64,000 nucleotides of DNA from Promethearchaeota archaeon (GCA_048939625.1 JBHLPH010000001.1:32001-96000), one strand, 5' to 3'. Positions 1 to 9,779 are shown, numbered from the stretch's first letter. Notes: generated from the sequence alone by a model not told the origin. Numbers and translations are program-made.

Positions 1-4
1 AAAA

Positions 5-166
5 ATGAGTACTCAAGAGCGTCCAAAGGATTCAATAGACTTCGACGAAAAAGAGCCTTCAAGGCGTCGGAAAGCCATGGGTTGTTGTGTGATTTTGATC
101 ATTATTATTTTTGTTATAGCCCTTTTTGTGGGATATAGTACATGGTTTGTTCCTGTCCTTCCATAG
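5..166 (+). CDS. Small tail-anchored membrane protein (53 aa; may be the 3' end of a longer ORF cut by the window edge)
   Basis: Translated by hand, below the ORF-track cutoff: MSTQERPKDSIDFDEKEPSRRRKAMGCCVILIIIIFVIALFVGYSTWFVPVLP*. Basic patch, CC, then one C-terminal TM helix. Confidence 0.7.
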   Translation: MSTQERPKDSIDFDEKEPSRRRKAMGCCVILIIIIFVIALFVGYSTWFVPVLP

Positions 167-203
167 ATGAAGGCCTAATTTGTTAATAATAAAAAGGAAG
201 TGG

Positions 204-360
204 AACGGCTCCCAGGACAGCCGATTTGGACCAAGAGGTTGGAGGGGATTGGAGCCATTCGGTCCAAATTTTTCCAATGTTTTCCAATGCTTGGGGGCCT
301 ACTGCTGGTGGACAACGGATTTCGGAAAGCCGGAAATTCGGATGTCCTGAGGGAGCCGTT
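204..360 (+). ncRNA. Putative structured non-coding RNA of unknown class
   Basis: Closing helix AACGGCTCCC(204-213)/GGGAGCCGTT(351-360) continued by AGGACA/TGTCCT; internal helix ATTTGGACC(224-232)/GGTCCAAAT(261-269); hairpin 316-340. GC-rich, between convergent genes. Confidence 0.5.
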
Positions 361-367
361 GGAGGAG

Positions 368-1588
368 TCAGCTTGAAGAGGAAGGAACTTGCCGGCGTCG
401 ATGGACGAGATATACACTAACCACTGAAACAATTACAATAAGGGCTAATGTCCCTATGATGGCTGCTGTGATTAGTTCTCCATTTGGAGGAATATCTCCA
501 CCGACAATAACGCCCGCAGCGGGAAGGATATAGTTCTCCAAGAGAATGTTAGGTTGCATGCAATTGGTCGACGCTGTGAATACGACTACCATATTCAATG
601 CGGGAAAGACATTGATAAATTGGCCAAGGTATCCTCGAGCAGAATATGCACCTATTAGTGGTGAGGTCCACCACTGGTAGCCATATCCTGTGTCCGAATC
701 GAGTAATTCAAAGCTCGAGGTAGCGGTGGTGATCCATTCCTCAGGGACAACCTGGCTACCGTCCCAGGTCCCGTTGTTGAGGAAGAGGAATCCCAATTTG
801 GCCATATCACGGGGGGTTAGACGAAGGCTTGCCCCACCAAAAGCATTGTGGTCTGGATCTTTGCCCCAATCGTAGTGGGTGATACCTAACGGAGTGAAGA
901 GCTTGTCTTCAGCGTAGTCCTGTGTAAATTGACCTGTTGAGATATTGACAAGTGCGGAGAGTAAATGGGAGGCACCTGAGTTATAATACCATACTTCACC
1001 CGGGGTGTGAGCCATTGGCTGGTCTAACACATATTGGACCCAGTCAACACTACTAGTCATCTGTGAGAAGGAGTTAACCCCAGTATAGACGTTTTCATCC
1101 CAGTCGATGCCAGTGGTCATAGTCAGCAGGTGTTCAATAGTCATTGCTTCTTTGCGAGAATCCATATTGGCAATGGTGCGATCACTAAAAAAGTCCAGGA
1201 CATGTTCATCGACACTGGTTATGTAGCCTTCTGTGAGTGCAATCCCAACGAGAGTGGATGTGAAGCTTTTGGTGCATGAAAAGATGTTTCTTCGAGAGTC
1301 GACACCATAACTGCCGTAGTAAGTTTCGTGAGCAATATAGCCATTCTTGATGACAATTGATGAGACCATGGCAAAGCCCCAGTCGATTGTATTAATGTAT
1401 TCGTCCATTGCTTCAAGATAAGCAGCGTTCATGTTTTGGGCTTCGGGTGTTGAAGTTTGCCACCCGGTTGTTGGCCAATAATCGGGAACCCAGGGAGTCT
1501 GTGCTGGTGTTGCATATGTTGGTAGCGCAACTAGCAGTAGTACTAGTGTGGATATGCAAATCAGTGGAGTAAAACGCTTGTTTGTCAT
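368..1588 (-). CDS. Secreted, membrane-anchored serine hydrolase (class C beta-lactamase/esterase family)
   Basis: Signal peptide; SxxK (FSCTKS); YNS; LTPRDMAKLG; YGYQWW; C-terminal TM followed by basic tail. Confidence 0.92.
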   Translation of the reverse strand: MTNKRFTPLICISTLVLLLVALPTYATPAQTPWVPDYWPTTGWQTSTPEAQNMNAAYLEAMDEYINTIDWGFAMVSSIVIKNGYIAHETYYGSYGVDSRRNIFSCTKSFTSTLVGIALTEGYITSVDEHVLDFFSDRTIANMDSRKEAMTIEHLLTMTTGIDWDENVYTGVNSFSQMTSSVDWVQYVLDQPMAHTPGEVWYYNSGASHLLSALVNISTGQFTQDYAEDKLFTPLGITHYDWGKDPDHNAFGGASLRLTPRDMAKLGFLFLNNGTWDGSQVVPEEWITTATSSFELLDSDTGYGYQWWTSPLIGAYSARGYLGQFINVFPALNMVVVFTASTNCMQPNILLENYILPAAGVIVGGDIPPNGELITAAIIGTLALIVIVSVVSVYLVHRRRQVPSSSS

Positions 1589-1765
1589 CCGCGTCCTTCC
1601 TTTGGGTACCAGCTGATTTCAGTTTTCGAATTCAGGTGTATATAGTCGTGGAAACCGGCAAGTTCGAAAAGTGGACTACTAATCGGAATCAATAACAAGA
1701 AACCGAACTGGCTGGTTCACTAATACTCGAAAGCCACTCAAAATACTTTCACAGATATTCAAAGG

Positions 1766-2746
1766 CTAGAAGCCAGCCTGAGCTAGCATTTCTTCTAAGC
1801 GTAGTTCACGAAGCCCTTTGAAATGCCGATAGGGGAAAAACACCAATGTTTCGACTGAATCGATCATTGATGCTCGTCGAAGAGCTTGATGGATTTTTTC
1901 AAATGCACCAACATTTTCCACGATGAATGTACTAAAGAGTAGTGGCTCTGAAGCTGAAGCATATGAGTACCAGTGCTCAACGGGATATTTCTCACGGAGC
2001 CAGGCGTCTAGTTCCGCTGGATTTCCTCTGTCTTCGTTATAGGTAATTCGTGCAGCGTATGAAATATTACCACTCGCGTTTAAATTCCAAAAACTTCGAA
2101 AATGCACGGGTTCATTGGAAGCTCTTTCTTCAGGTCGTATATTTTCACGAATTACAAAGGCGCGGGTCGTTGCTTTATTTCCACCGAGTTGATCAAGAAC
2201 TCGACGAATCGTCCGAGCAGTTAATCCTGTTTCTTTGGCCAAATTCACAATGGACATGCGGGCATCTTTCCGAAGCTGGGCTAACACCTTTAGTTGCAGC
2301 GGTGTGAAAGTGACCTTTCCTCCCTTATCCGTAAGTAAGGTGTGAAGCTCTACTGCTGCAACACCCTCATTATTTCGGAGAAACCGGCTTAACTCATTCA
2401 TCCCAGTTGCACCGTTATACTCGCCAAACGCGACGAGGTTCCCATTTGAAAGATATGCCGCTCGATGAATCATTGAGTTATTGCCAATAGTATTAATCAG
2501 AGATTCATCGTCATGGCTTCCATCCGTTTCGATGAACGCAACTAGCATTTCTGCGTCAATCATGCTGAGGCTAAGCCAAACTGTGAAGCGCTTTAGAACT
2601 CCACTTGTTTGGAGTTTTGTCACACGTTTCTTGATTGCGTTGGCGCTGATATCAAAGTCTCGAGCAAGGGCTTCATATGAAACACGGCAGTTTGCGTCGA
2701 GGGCGTAAAAGATACCTTTATCAATTAGGTCCATCTCAGACACCAC
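1766..2746 (-). CDS. Tandem Lrp/AsnC-type transcriptional regulator (two wHTH-RAM units)
   Basis: MDLIDKGIFYALDANCRVSYEALARDFDISANAIKKRVTKL and a second wHTH LQLKVLAQLRKDARMSIVNLAKETGLT. Confidence 0.85.
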   Translation of the reverse strand: MVSEMDLIDKGIFYALDANCRVSYEALARDFDISANAIKKRVTKLQTSGVLKRFTVWLSLSMIDAEMLVAFIETDGSHDDESLINTIGNNSMIHRAAYLSNGNLVAFGEYNGATGMNELSRFLRNNEGVAAVELHTLLTDKGGKVTFTPLQLKVLAQLRKDARMSIVNLAKETGLTARTIRRVLDQLGGNKATTRAFVIRENIRPEERASNEPVHFRSFWNLNASGNISYAARITYNEDRGNPAELDAWLREKYPVEHWYSYASASEPLLFSTFIVENVGAFEKIHQALRRASMIDSVETLVFFPYRHFKGLRELRLEEMLAQAGF

Positions 2747-2767
2747 GCAGCAGGGAAGACCTTGTAA

Positions 2768-2827
2768 CCGAGCAGGGGAAGCCAGCTCACCCTACGAGAC
2801 CAATCGTCCAGTGAAAGCTCTACTCGG
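2768..2827 (-). promoter_or_regulatory. Structured 5' leader hairpin upstream of the Lrp-type regulator
   Basis: Minus strand CCGAGUAG/CUGCUCGG, UCAC/GUGA, ACGA/UCGU stems; TATA-like TTTAAAAG at 2861-2854 just upstream. Confidence 0.4.
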
Positions 2828-2896
2828 AAGCAGCAAGTGTTCAAAGCTCCCTACTTTTAAACTAAATCATAGCTGCATTAAAACTCACGTAACCCC

Positions 2897-3325
2897 TCAA
2901 GGGGGAAGTAACATCTCAAACAATTCACGGCCAGGTGGCTTATCAATCACCTTAGATGCTGTCCAAAGGCAATCATGTTTAATCACATCGAGTGTAAATC
3001 CAGATCGGTGTAGCTGTAACAAATACTGAAGATGAGTGATCATTTGCGCTAATATTATCCCAAGCTTCTCGTGTTCTGAATCCTCAGCAATGTCTTCTGA
3101 AGCTTCGGAGCCGTTGTCTGAAGAGATATTTGGCAGCCACACTTCAACTTCAACTGACACTATGGAAGGAGTTTCTGAAGTCCGAAGCAAGAGAATACGT
3201 AAAGATGGACTTTGGAAGAGGGGTTGGACTGACTCACCCGATTCGTTTTGGATTGAAGGTGAGTTAAGGGGCTTGGCAGTAAGTTGCTGGTATTTTTTCA
3301 TCAATTGTTCGGAGTTCATTTTCAA
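2897..3325 (-). CDS. Hypothetical protein
   Basis: 142-aa ORF filling the gap; no motif recognised. Confidence 0.7.
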   Translation of the reverse strand: MKMNSEQLMKKYQQLTAKPLNSPSIQNESGESVQPLFQSPSLRILLLRTSETPSIVSVEVEVWLPNISSDNGSEASEDIAEDSEHEKLGIILAQMITHLQYLLQLHRSGFTLDVIKHDCLWTASKVIDKPPGRELFEMLLPP

Positions 3326-3543
3326 TTCCTGATTTTACCATACTTTGGTGTAATATTATTTCATGGCAACCACAGGGTTCGGAAAAAACCCAATGAGCGA
3401 AGGATGGAGGAGAAATTATTATACAATTGGTTCAGATTTCAATCCCCTATCGCAATATTGAAGAGAGTTTGGTCAGTATCCGGATTTTTTAAGGAGAAAT
3501 CATTTGATACTCCTCAATGCATAGTGAGTAAGGAATTGAGAAC

Positions 3544-4029
3544 ATGACGAAAGAAACTGAAAAGCCCTGTTTATCTGATCTGGGAGGAATCTTCCAGTTA
3601 TTTAGCGGAGTGCTTATACTAGGAGCCCAAGTTACCATTTATTTCGCCTTGACACCCTTCTTTGCCCTCATTCCCTCAGTTCCCATTGATATTCGACCAC
3701 TCTATGAGCTGATAGGACAGATGCTTCAGATTATCCTAGTTGTAATGATCCTCTGTGGGATCGTAATCATTATTGCAGGAATCGTATCATTCTTCCGCAG
3801 TGGTACTATCGGGGGATTTCTATCTCTATTCTTTGGCATTCCAGTGATTGTAGCGGGTGTGTGGATGATCTTTGCAGTTGGTTTTTACCCAGGCTTAGCC
3901 CACTTTGCTGGTGCAGTCCTTGCCATGGTTGGAGGAATTGTTAGTATAATTCCAGCTATTCGTGGTCCCCCTAAACCAAAAACCCGCCGAGAAAAGGACA
4001 TTGTGGACAGACAGAAGCGAAAGAAGTGA
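3544..4029 (+). CDS. Small membrane protein (about 4 TM, basic C-tail)
   Basis: Four hydrophobic segments; GAG-rich sequence before ATG. Confidence 0.8.
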   Translation: MTKETEKPCLSDLGGIFQLFSGVLILGAQVTIYFALTPFFALIPSVPIDIRPLYELIGQMLQIILVVMILCGIVIIIAGIVSFFRSGTIGGFLSLFFGIPVIVAGVWMIFAVGFYPGLAHFAGAVLAMVGGIVSIIPAIRGPPKPKTRREKDIVDRQKRKK

Positions 4030-4104
4030 GAGCCAGATTTCGAACGGACAACTGCGCTTTTGTATAACTTCATAGTAATCAAGAAGCTGTAAGGTGGCCT
4101 ACCA

Positions 4105-5265
4105 TTGGATCTTGACATGATAAACGAGCAAATTGCCCATATCTCCGATGTATTTACAAATATTCTCCTCGATCGAGGCCTTTTAGAATCTCAGCTATTC
4201 CCTGTCAATGCCTACATTTCTCTATCCTGTTACAACACATACGAAACCCAGTACAACATTATGAAACAAGTGTGGGACCGGATAACACCTGAAGACCTTG
4301 CCAAACAAAGCAAAGTCTTACTTTCGGAAGTGCAAGGCCTTTCAATTATGTATCAGTGGCTGTACTACGGACTTGGTCGCATGGGGGTAATCTTCAATCA
4401 GTGTGATAATGATCCAAGGAAAGAACCCAAAACTAAACAAGAGGAATGGCGGTATCTTCTCGAACACTGGTACCGGTTAGGTACCCATTATTTCAACACA
4501 GGGAAACCCACCATTGAAGGGTCTGGATATACTAACTTAGCCTTTGGAGATGATGTGCTCAATTGGCTAAAAGATCGGCTCGAACCAGTATCTAGCCCTC
4601 AGGTGTCCGCTTTGCGGAAAGCCATTGGGACCGTCGACCTTTATGCATTCATGGATGAATGTGAAGCCCGCGCAAAAATCAGCGAACATGGACCCTATCC
4701 TTTAGAAAACAAGGAATCCCTCGTAATCACCGAGTATACACATTTGTATGATGGAAAGGAACCCCTATGGTTACCGTGGTCAGAAACGGAGACTCCGCTT
4801 CCTACAGCCTCCCTAGGTGTAGCGATGACATTGAAGGGTGTGAAAGCGAAGTTCAGTGACACAGGAACCATGACCCTTGATCCAGCTGAATATGGAGAGC
4901 ATGTCCAACAAATGGTAGCCTATACTAAGAGTGGTAATAAATTGAAAGAGTTAGGCCTCGATGAGCTTTCTGTATATGCAACTGCTGCTAACGCCTCTCA
5001 AGAGGAATTATTCATGCGGTTTGCAGACTGGGATAAACAAGAACGACTCATTGCTGGTGCTAAAGCGTATATGCGCGGATTCGCTCGATACACCAATCAA
5101 GTGGGGATTACCGATCAAATTGACTGGGACCTGACCTCGCATTCCACGGAAGAATATGTCCCCTATTTTATGACTCATGATGGGGATAACGCCTTTACCC
5201 GTATGTTTCGCTCTCCAGAAGACCGGGCAAAAGATCCCACCTTCTATAAACTCCCAGAATCTTAA
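4105..5265 (+). CDS. Hypothetical soluble protein
   Basis: 386-aa ORF; SD-like AAGGTGG at 4091-4097; 25 bp from the next gene. Confidence 0.8.
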   Translation: MDLDMINEQIAHISDVFTNILLDRGLLESQLFPVNAYISLSCYNTYETQYNIMKQVWDRITPEDLAKQSKVLLSEVQGLSIMYQWLYYGLGRMGVIFNQCDNDPRKEPKTKQEEWRYLLEHWYRLGTHYFNTGKPTIEGSGYTNLAFGDDVLNWLKDRLEPVSSPQVSALRKAIGTVDLYAFMDECEARAKISEHGPYPLENKESLVITEYTHLYDGKEPLWLPWSETETPLPTASLGVAMTLKGVKAKFSDTGTMTLDPAEYGEHVQQMVAYTKSGNKLKELGLDELSVYATAANASQEELFMRFADWDKQERLIAGAKAYMRGFARYTNQVGITDQIDWDLTSHSTEEYVPYFMTHDGDNAFTRMFRSPEDRAKDPTFYKLPES

Positions 5266-5290
5266 GCGACCCAAAGGAAACCCTCGAAAA

Positions 5291-6181
5291 ATGAAAGCCT
5301 TCAAAAATGAAGATGACTACTTACATAAACCTACTAAACACACTGATTGGCGGGAGAGCTTCTACTTCAATTGGGTAGACCTGAAAGCTCAAGTCAGTGG
5401 ATTCACCACCATTGGAATTGTCCCCAATGTGCCACGCCGAGAATTTGTCTTTGCCCTCTTTGTGGAGGGCAGGCCCGAGTTCTACTTCACAGAAACCAAA
5501 GAACCGATACCCACCGAATTCCATGCCGCCATGGGTGATGAAACCTTGGTCTATGAACTCGTGAAACCGCATACTGATTGGCGAATCCATTATACTAATC
5601 CCCGACTCTCCGCCGAAATCCAGTGGCAAAGCCGATTCCCACCCGGCGATTTTGGGAAAGGAAGTGGCACCAGCTGGGGTCGCCACTTCGAGCAATCCGG
5701 ACATATCAAAGGTCATGTTAAGTATCCTGATGGACGCGTCCACCACTTTGCAGGCTTGGGGCAACGGGATAAAAGCTGGGGAGTTCGCAACTGGCATATC
5801 GACCAGTGGTTTGCCTTACACGCCCAATTCGACGAAATGATGATCGGTCTTCGTATTGACACTGTGAAAGGTAAAACACACCAAGCTGGAATAATCAGTT
5901 CAGAAAAAGAAAACATACCAATAGTCAAAGCATCATTTGAGACTGAATTCGAAGAGGAAGCTATCCAAAAACCCGTGAAAGCAATAACAAAGGTAGTAGA
6001 TACCCAGGATCAAACCTATACAATCATTTCTAAGCCCATTCATCCAAATGCTTTTGCCCGATATGCCCGACCCTATAAGTCCGGAGAAACTGAATTGTTT
6101 GAAATAATGGTTGTCCATGAGTGTGAAGAACTCAACGAAACCGGCACTGGACTCACCGAATGGCTTTTCACCCATCCCTAG
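5291..6181 (+). CDS. CrtC/tocopherol-cyclase/AttH-like beta-barrel protein
   Basis: WRESFYFNW and GLGQRDKSWGVRNW motifs; start moved to ATG 5291 (MKAFKNEDD) to remove the overlap. Confidence 0.7.
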   Translation: MKAFKNEDDYLHKPTKHTDWRESFYFNWVDLKAQVSGFTTIGIVPNVPRREFVFALFVEGRPEFYFTETKEPIPTEFHAAMGDETLVYELVKPHTDWRIHYTNPRLSAEIQWQSRFPPGDFGKGSGTSWGRHFEQSGHIKGHVKYPDGRVHHFAGLGQRDKSWGVRNWHIDQWFALHAQFDEMMIGLRIDTVKGKTHQAGIISSEKENIPIVKASFETEFEEEAIQKPVKAITKVVDTQDQTYTIISKPIHPNAFARYARPYKSGETELFEIMVVHECEELNETGTGLTEWLFTHP

Positions 6182-6192
6182 CCTTAAATCGG

Positions 6193-7593
6193 TTATATCC
6201 CTGAAATTAGTCGTATGAACGAAGACCGTAAAATTAGGAAGACAAGAGGAAAGAATACAAGAATTCCAACGATTATCAAACTGCCAGTCCCCAACGTAAA
6301 GAGTTGAAACTGCGAGAGCATTTGAGGGACACTAGTCGAAATATAATCTACGAAACTGGCATCTACCACCATGGCATTAACTGCGTACGAGAAATAAGAT
6401 GAGCCTAGATAGTAATGAGCTAACTGTCCGGCTTTTCCCACTGATTGTTCCATAACTAAATAGCCATAATTTGAAGCCATCATTACAATTTGCGAATCAA
6501 CCAGATCATTAGGTAATCCTGTTATATGATACCGGGAAACCCAAGAGTAATCAACGAATTTCTGAGTATAGTATTGAAATCCTCCTATCAAGTAATCATA
6601 TTCGGCCCAGAATACTTGTAAATTATCACTTCTATCAATCGATAGGCTAAGACGATAGATGTTTTCGTCTTCTGAGAGAACCCTTCCGTCACAAACTAGG
6701 GCAAGACCATCTTGGCTGTTATAGATTTCATAAGCTAAATGAATATTCTCTTGAGAATCGATTGCAGCAGCCCATGTATCATAAACCTCTGAGATATACA
6801 GGCTAGAAATCGTCCAATTGCCACCAATATTGCTTGCTTGATAAAATTCGTCTTCTGGTTTGAAGAGGATAGAAACACGCCCGTCCCTACCGGGGAGGAG
6901 TTCGAATAAATGTTCAGTCCCATAAGGAAATTCAAGAGCCACAAATACGACCTGGGGCGGATTTTGTGAGCCGACTTCCCAGCACATTAATTGCCAGGAA
7001 TCCCAAAATTCGAGAGGGTCAAGGAATTCAATCCATGCAGCATAAAGGATTCCATCTATACTGTACGCGAGTTGAAAATGTGTAATGTTGAATCGCTGTA
7101 AGAGTTGTTCCGGTTGCCCCCAGACTACACCATCATTTAGAATATAGTAAGCAGAGCCAACCATGTCATAATAGTCTTTTTTCACATCTAGCCAGCCTGC
7201 GGCCATTTCGCCTGAATAACTACATGCCAAGGTTGTCTGTACATCCCAAGGAGGTGAATAGATGAAATAATTGTAGGGATTTGAAGTTCGAACGAGATCT
7301 GAAAGGGGCAGCTCACGAAACCAAGTCTCATCATGATAAGTACGGTGCTTAATAATAGCCCGTAAGGATCCATTCTCGAGTCGTAGGCCATCCGCATAGA
7401 TAGCATGGAAATCACCTCCAGCGTCCTGAGCTATTTGGACATTATTCGGTTGGATGTACGGGAATTCAGATAACCGGTAGAGACTTGGAGAGTAGGTTAA
7501 GAAGAGGAAGAAAAAGAAGGCAATTGCAAGTCCTTGTATTGTTCCATAAGCAAGTTGCTTCTTAGTAGTTTGGGATAGTACAATTCGTCTCAT
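6193..7593 (-). CDS. Membrane-anchored extracellular beta-propeller-like protein
   Basis: N- and C-terminal TMs; repeated D/S-x-x-G/N-x-H/Y-hydrophobic-W/Y blades (AIDSQENIHLAY, SIDRSDNLQVFW). Confidence 0.7.
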   Translation of the reverse strand: MRRIVLSQTTKKQLAYGTIQGLAIAFFFFLFLTYSPSLYRLSEFPYIQPNNVQIAQDAGGDFHAIYADGLRLENGSLRAIIKHRTYHDETWFRELPLSDLVRTSNPYNYFIYSPPWDVQTTLACSYSGEMAAGWLDVKKDYYDMVGSAYYILNDGVVWGQPEQLLQRFNITHFQLAYSIDGILYAAWIEFLDPLEFWDSWQLMCWEVGSQNPPQVVFVALEFPYGTEHLFELLPGRDGRVSILFKPEDEFYQASNIGGNWTISSLYISEVYDTWAAAIDSQENIHLAYEIYNSQDGLALVCDGRVLSEDENIYRLSLSIDRSDNLQVFWAEYDYLIGGFQYYTQKFVDYSWVSRYHITGLPNDLVDSQIVMMASNYGYLVMEQSVGKAGQLAHYYLGSSYFSYAVNAMVVDASFVDYISTSVPQMLSQFQLFTLGTGSLIIVGILVFFPLVFLILRSSFIRLISGI

Positions 7594-8258
7594 TCGTTCA
7601 TTCCCTCCGAAGGTGAATCATTTTCAGTTGGTTCATCTTGGAACCAAGGCGATGCGATACGCCGATTCGACCATAAAAACCATAATAGAACGCCGAAGAC
7701 GATGAGTATGAGAAAACTACCAATAAATATTACAAAGATGAATATCAGATATGAAAACCCTATGAGAAAAATAAATAGAAATGAGCAGGCGTTGGCAATT
7801 ACAACCCCAGCAAGAAGCATGATTGTTGAAAATTGCACTCCAGTGTATTGAATGGTTATTCTGTTGTTAAATACAAACCACCTCCAACCTTGGTGCCAAA
7901 TAAAGAATTCCAAGAGAATGGGAACCATAAAGAATCCAAGAAAAACACCTACAGGATTCCAAAATAGATTCACAGCTTGTTGGAGGATATCAAAGTAATA
8001 TGGCATTGGGAGCACCCAGATTAAAGCCCCGTAGATAACCAAGGCGACACCGAACGAAAGAGGTGTGCTTAGGATTTGTACAAGCCCCATCCATCCGACA
8101 AGTGGCATGAACTGCTGCCTAACACCTTGTCGATACAAAATGACCGTCCAGGCGATTGATTCGAGGAAGGCACTCCATGCCCAACTAGCCAATAGGCTGG
8201 TAAAGAAGATTAAACCAGGTGGGAAACTATACCCGAAATTCAGCATTGCAGTCAGCAA
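7590..8258 (-). CDS. Integral membrane protein
   Basis: About 5 TM segments; 4-bp overlap with the downstream gene. Confidence 0.75.
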   Translation of the reverse strand: MLTAMLNFGYSFPPGLIFFTSLLASWAWSAFLESIAWTVILYRQGVRQQFMPLVGWMGLVQILSTPLSFGVALVIYGALIWVLPMPYYFDILQQAVNLFWNPVGVFLGFFMVPILLEFFIWHQGWRWFVFNNRITIQYTGVQFSTIMLLAGVVIANACSFLFIFLIGFSYLIFIFVIFIGSFLILIVFGVLLWFLWSNRRIASPWFQDEPTENDSPSEGMNE

Positions 8259-8359
8259 TCCCCTTATCCCTCAATAAGTGGGTTCGTACATGCTTTTAAT
8301 GGTAATTCCACATTAATTAGTTTATGATTGGGGAAATTCAGCAAGGTCATTGGACGTGA

Positions 8360-8812
8360 TTGGATTTGAGTTTGGATGAGTACAAAAAGAAACGTGATTT
8401 TTCAAAAACCCCGGAACCTGAACCAGAGGTAAAACCAGGTGATGGTCAATTATACGTGATTCAACGGCATCAAGCTCGAAACCTCCATTGGGATTTGCGA
8501 TTAGAGCGGCAAGGAGTTTTGGTGAGCTGGGCTGTACCAAAAGAACCACCTACCAAGAAAGGCATACGACGGTTGGCAATCCAAACCGAAGATCATCCGA
8601 TTGAGTACGGGTCTTTTGAAGGAATGATTCCCGAAGGCGAGTATGGAGCTGGACAAGTCGAACTGTGGGATACGGGGACCTTTGAAGTGGAGAAATGGGA
8701 AGAGAATGAGATTATTGTGTTAATTCAGGGAAAGCGATTAGGGGGACGATATTGCCTGATTCGTTTCAAAAAAGTCGAAGATGGATGGCTGTTCTTTCGG
8801 TGTGGGGAATAA
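8360..8812 (+). CDS. Stand-alone LigD 3'-phosphoesterase (PE) domain protein
   Basis: YVIQRHQARNLHWDLRLE, SWAVPK, LAIQTEDHPIEY, GEYGAGQVELWDTG. Confidence 0.95.
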   Translation: MDLSLDEYKKKRDFSKTPEPEPEVKPGDGQLYVIQRHQARNLHWDLRLERQGVLVSWAVPKEPPTKKGIRRLAIQTEDHPIEYGSFEGMIPEGEYGAGQVELWDTGTFEVEKWEENEIIVLIQGKRLGGRYCLIRFKKVEDGWLFFRCGE

Positions 8813-8895
8813 TTTTTGTCGGAGAATTGTCGTGAGAGGGGCAATCTTTTAGCCTTTGACGCCTCTTTCTGTAATAGGTTCTAGTTAGTTTTCGA

Positions 8896-9768
8896 TTGGA
8901 GAGAAGCTATCAGGTGAAGCTGGTCAGCTACGCAACGGATGCCGGACCGCGTGTTGGATGTTTGGATAATGGAGAGGTAGTACCAACGCCTGGTATTCCA
9001 GATATGATAGATTACCTCAAGGATGCAAGTTTAGAATCAACGATTGAAGCAGCATTGAAAGGTCGAATTGGTGCAAAGCCTGTTGAAGAAATGAAGTTAC
9101 TTGCACCTCTACCACGACCTACGAAAATCATTGCTATTGGGCTAAACTATAAGGACCATGTGAAAGAGACTGGGCGAGAGATACCCCAAGCACCTGTTCT
9201 CTTTTCAAAACCCCCCACAGCAACGATAGGACCCGACGATACCATCATCCTTCCTAATCAGGCCAAGCAAGTCGATTATGAAGTCGAATTAGGAGTTGTT
9301 ATCAGCCAAGGTGGAAGAAATATTCCTCCAGATATGGCCCTGGATCATGTTGGGGGATATACTATCGTAAATGACATATCCGCACGTGATTTCCAATATC
9401 GAGATGGCCAATGGTTCCGTGGAAAAAGTTTCGATACTTTTGCGCCTATGGGTCCCGTTTTGACTCTACCTGATCAACTCCCGGATCCACAAAACCTTCG
9501 ATTGAAGTTACGACTCAATGGGAAAACACGACAAGATAGTTCAACCTCGAAGATGGTGTTCAGTGTTGCGGAGTTAATTGCAGATATTTCTCAAGTACTC
9601 ACCTTAGAGCCAGGTGATGTTATCGCCACTGGAACACCTGCGGGAGTAGGCTTCGCTGCAAAACCCAAACCAGTCTTTTTACAATCAGGGGATGTAGTGG
9701 AAGCTGAGATTGAAGGAATCGGGATTTTAAGCAACCCCGTTACCCGAGATGGCACTCAGGTTGAATAA
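8896..9768 (+). CDS. Fumarylacetoacetate hydrolase family protein
   Basis: IGLNYKDH, DYEVELGVVI, NDISARD, GKSFDTFAPMGP, GDVIATGTPAGVG. Confidence 0.95.
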   Translation: MERSYQVKLVSYATDAGPRVGCLDNGEVVPTPGIPDMIDYLKDASLESTIEAALKGRIGAKPVEEMKLLAPLPRPTKIIAIGLNYKDHVKETGREIPQAPVLFSKPPTATIGPDDTIILPNQAKQVDYEVELGVVISQGGRNIPPDMALDHVGGYTIVNDISARDFQYRDGQWFRGKSFDTFAPMGPVLTLPDQLPDPQNLRLKLRLNGKTRQDSSTSKMVFSVAELIADISQVLTLEPGDVIATGTPAGVGFAAKPKPVFLQSGDVVEAEIEGIGILSNPVTRDGTQVE

Positions 9769-9779
9769 GACCAATTCCA

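Noticed and set aside
204-360. 5S rRNA, SRP RNA, tRNA or hammerhead ribozyme identity for the structured element
   Set aside because: No 5S conserved loops, SRP helix-8 motif, cloverleaf/TTCRA arm or CUGAUGA core.
59-432. ORF-track calls 59-277(-), 175-432(-) and 226-420(+)
   Set aside because: They lack protein-like features and overlap the better-supported 5-166 ORF and the 204-360 structured element.
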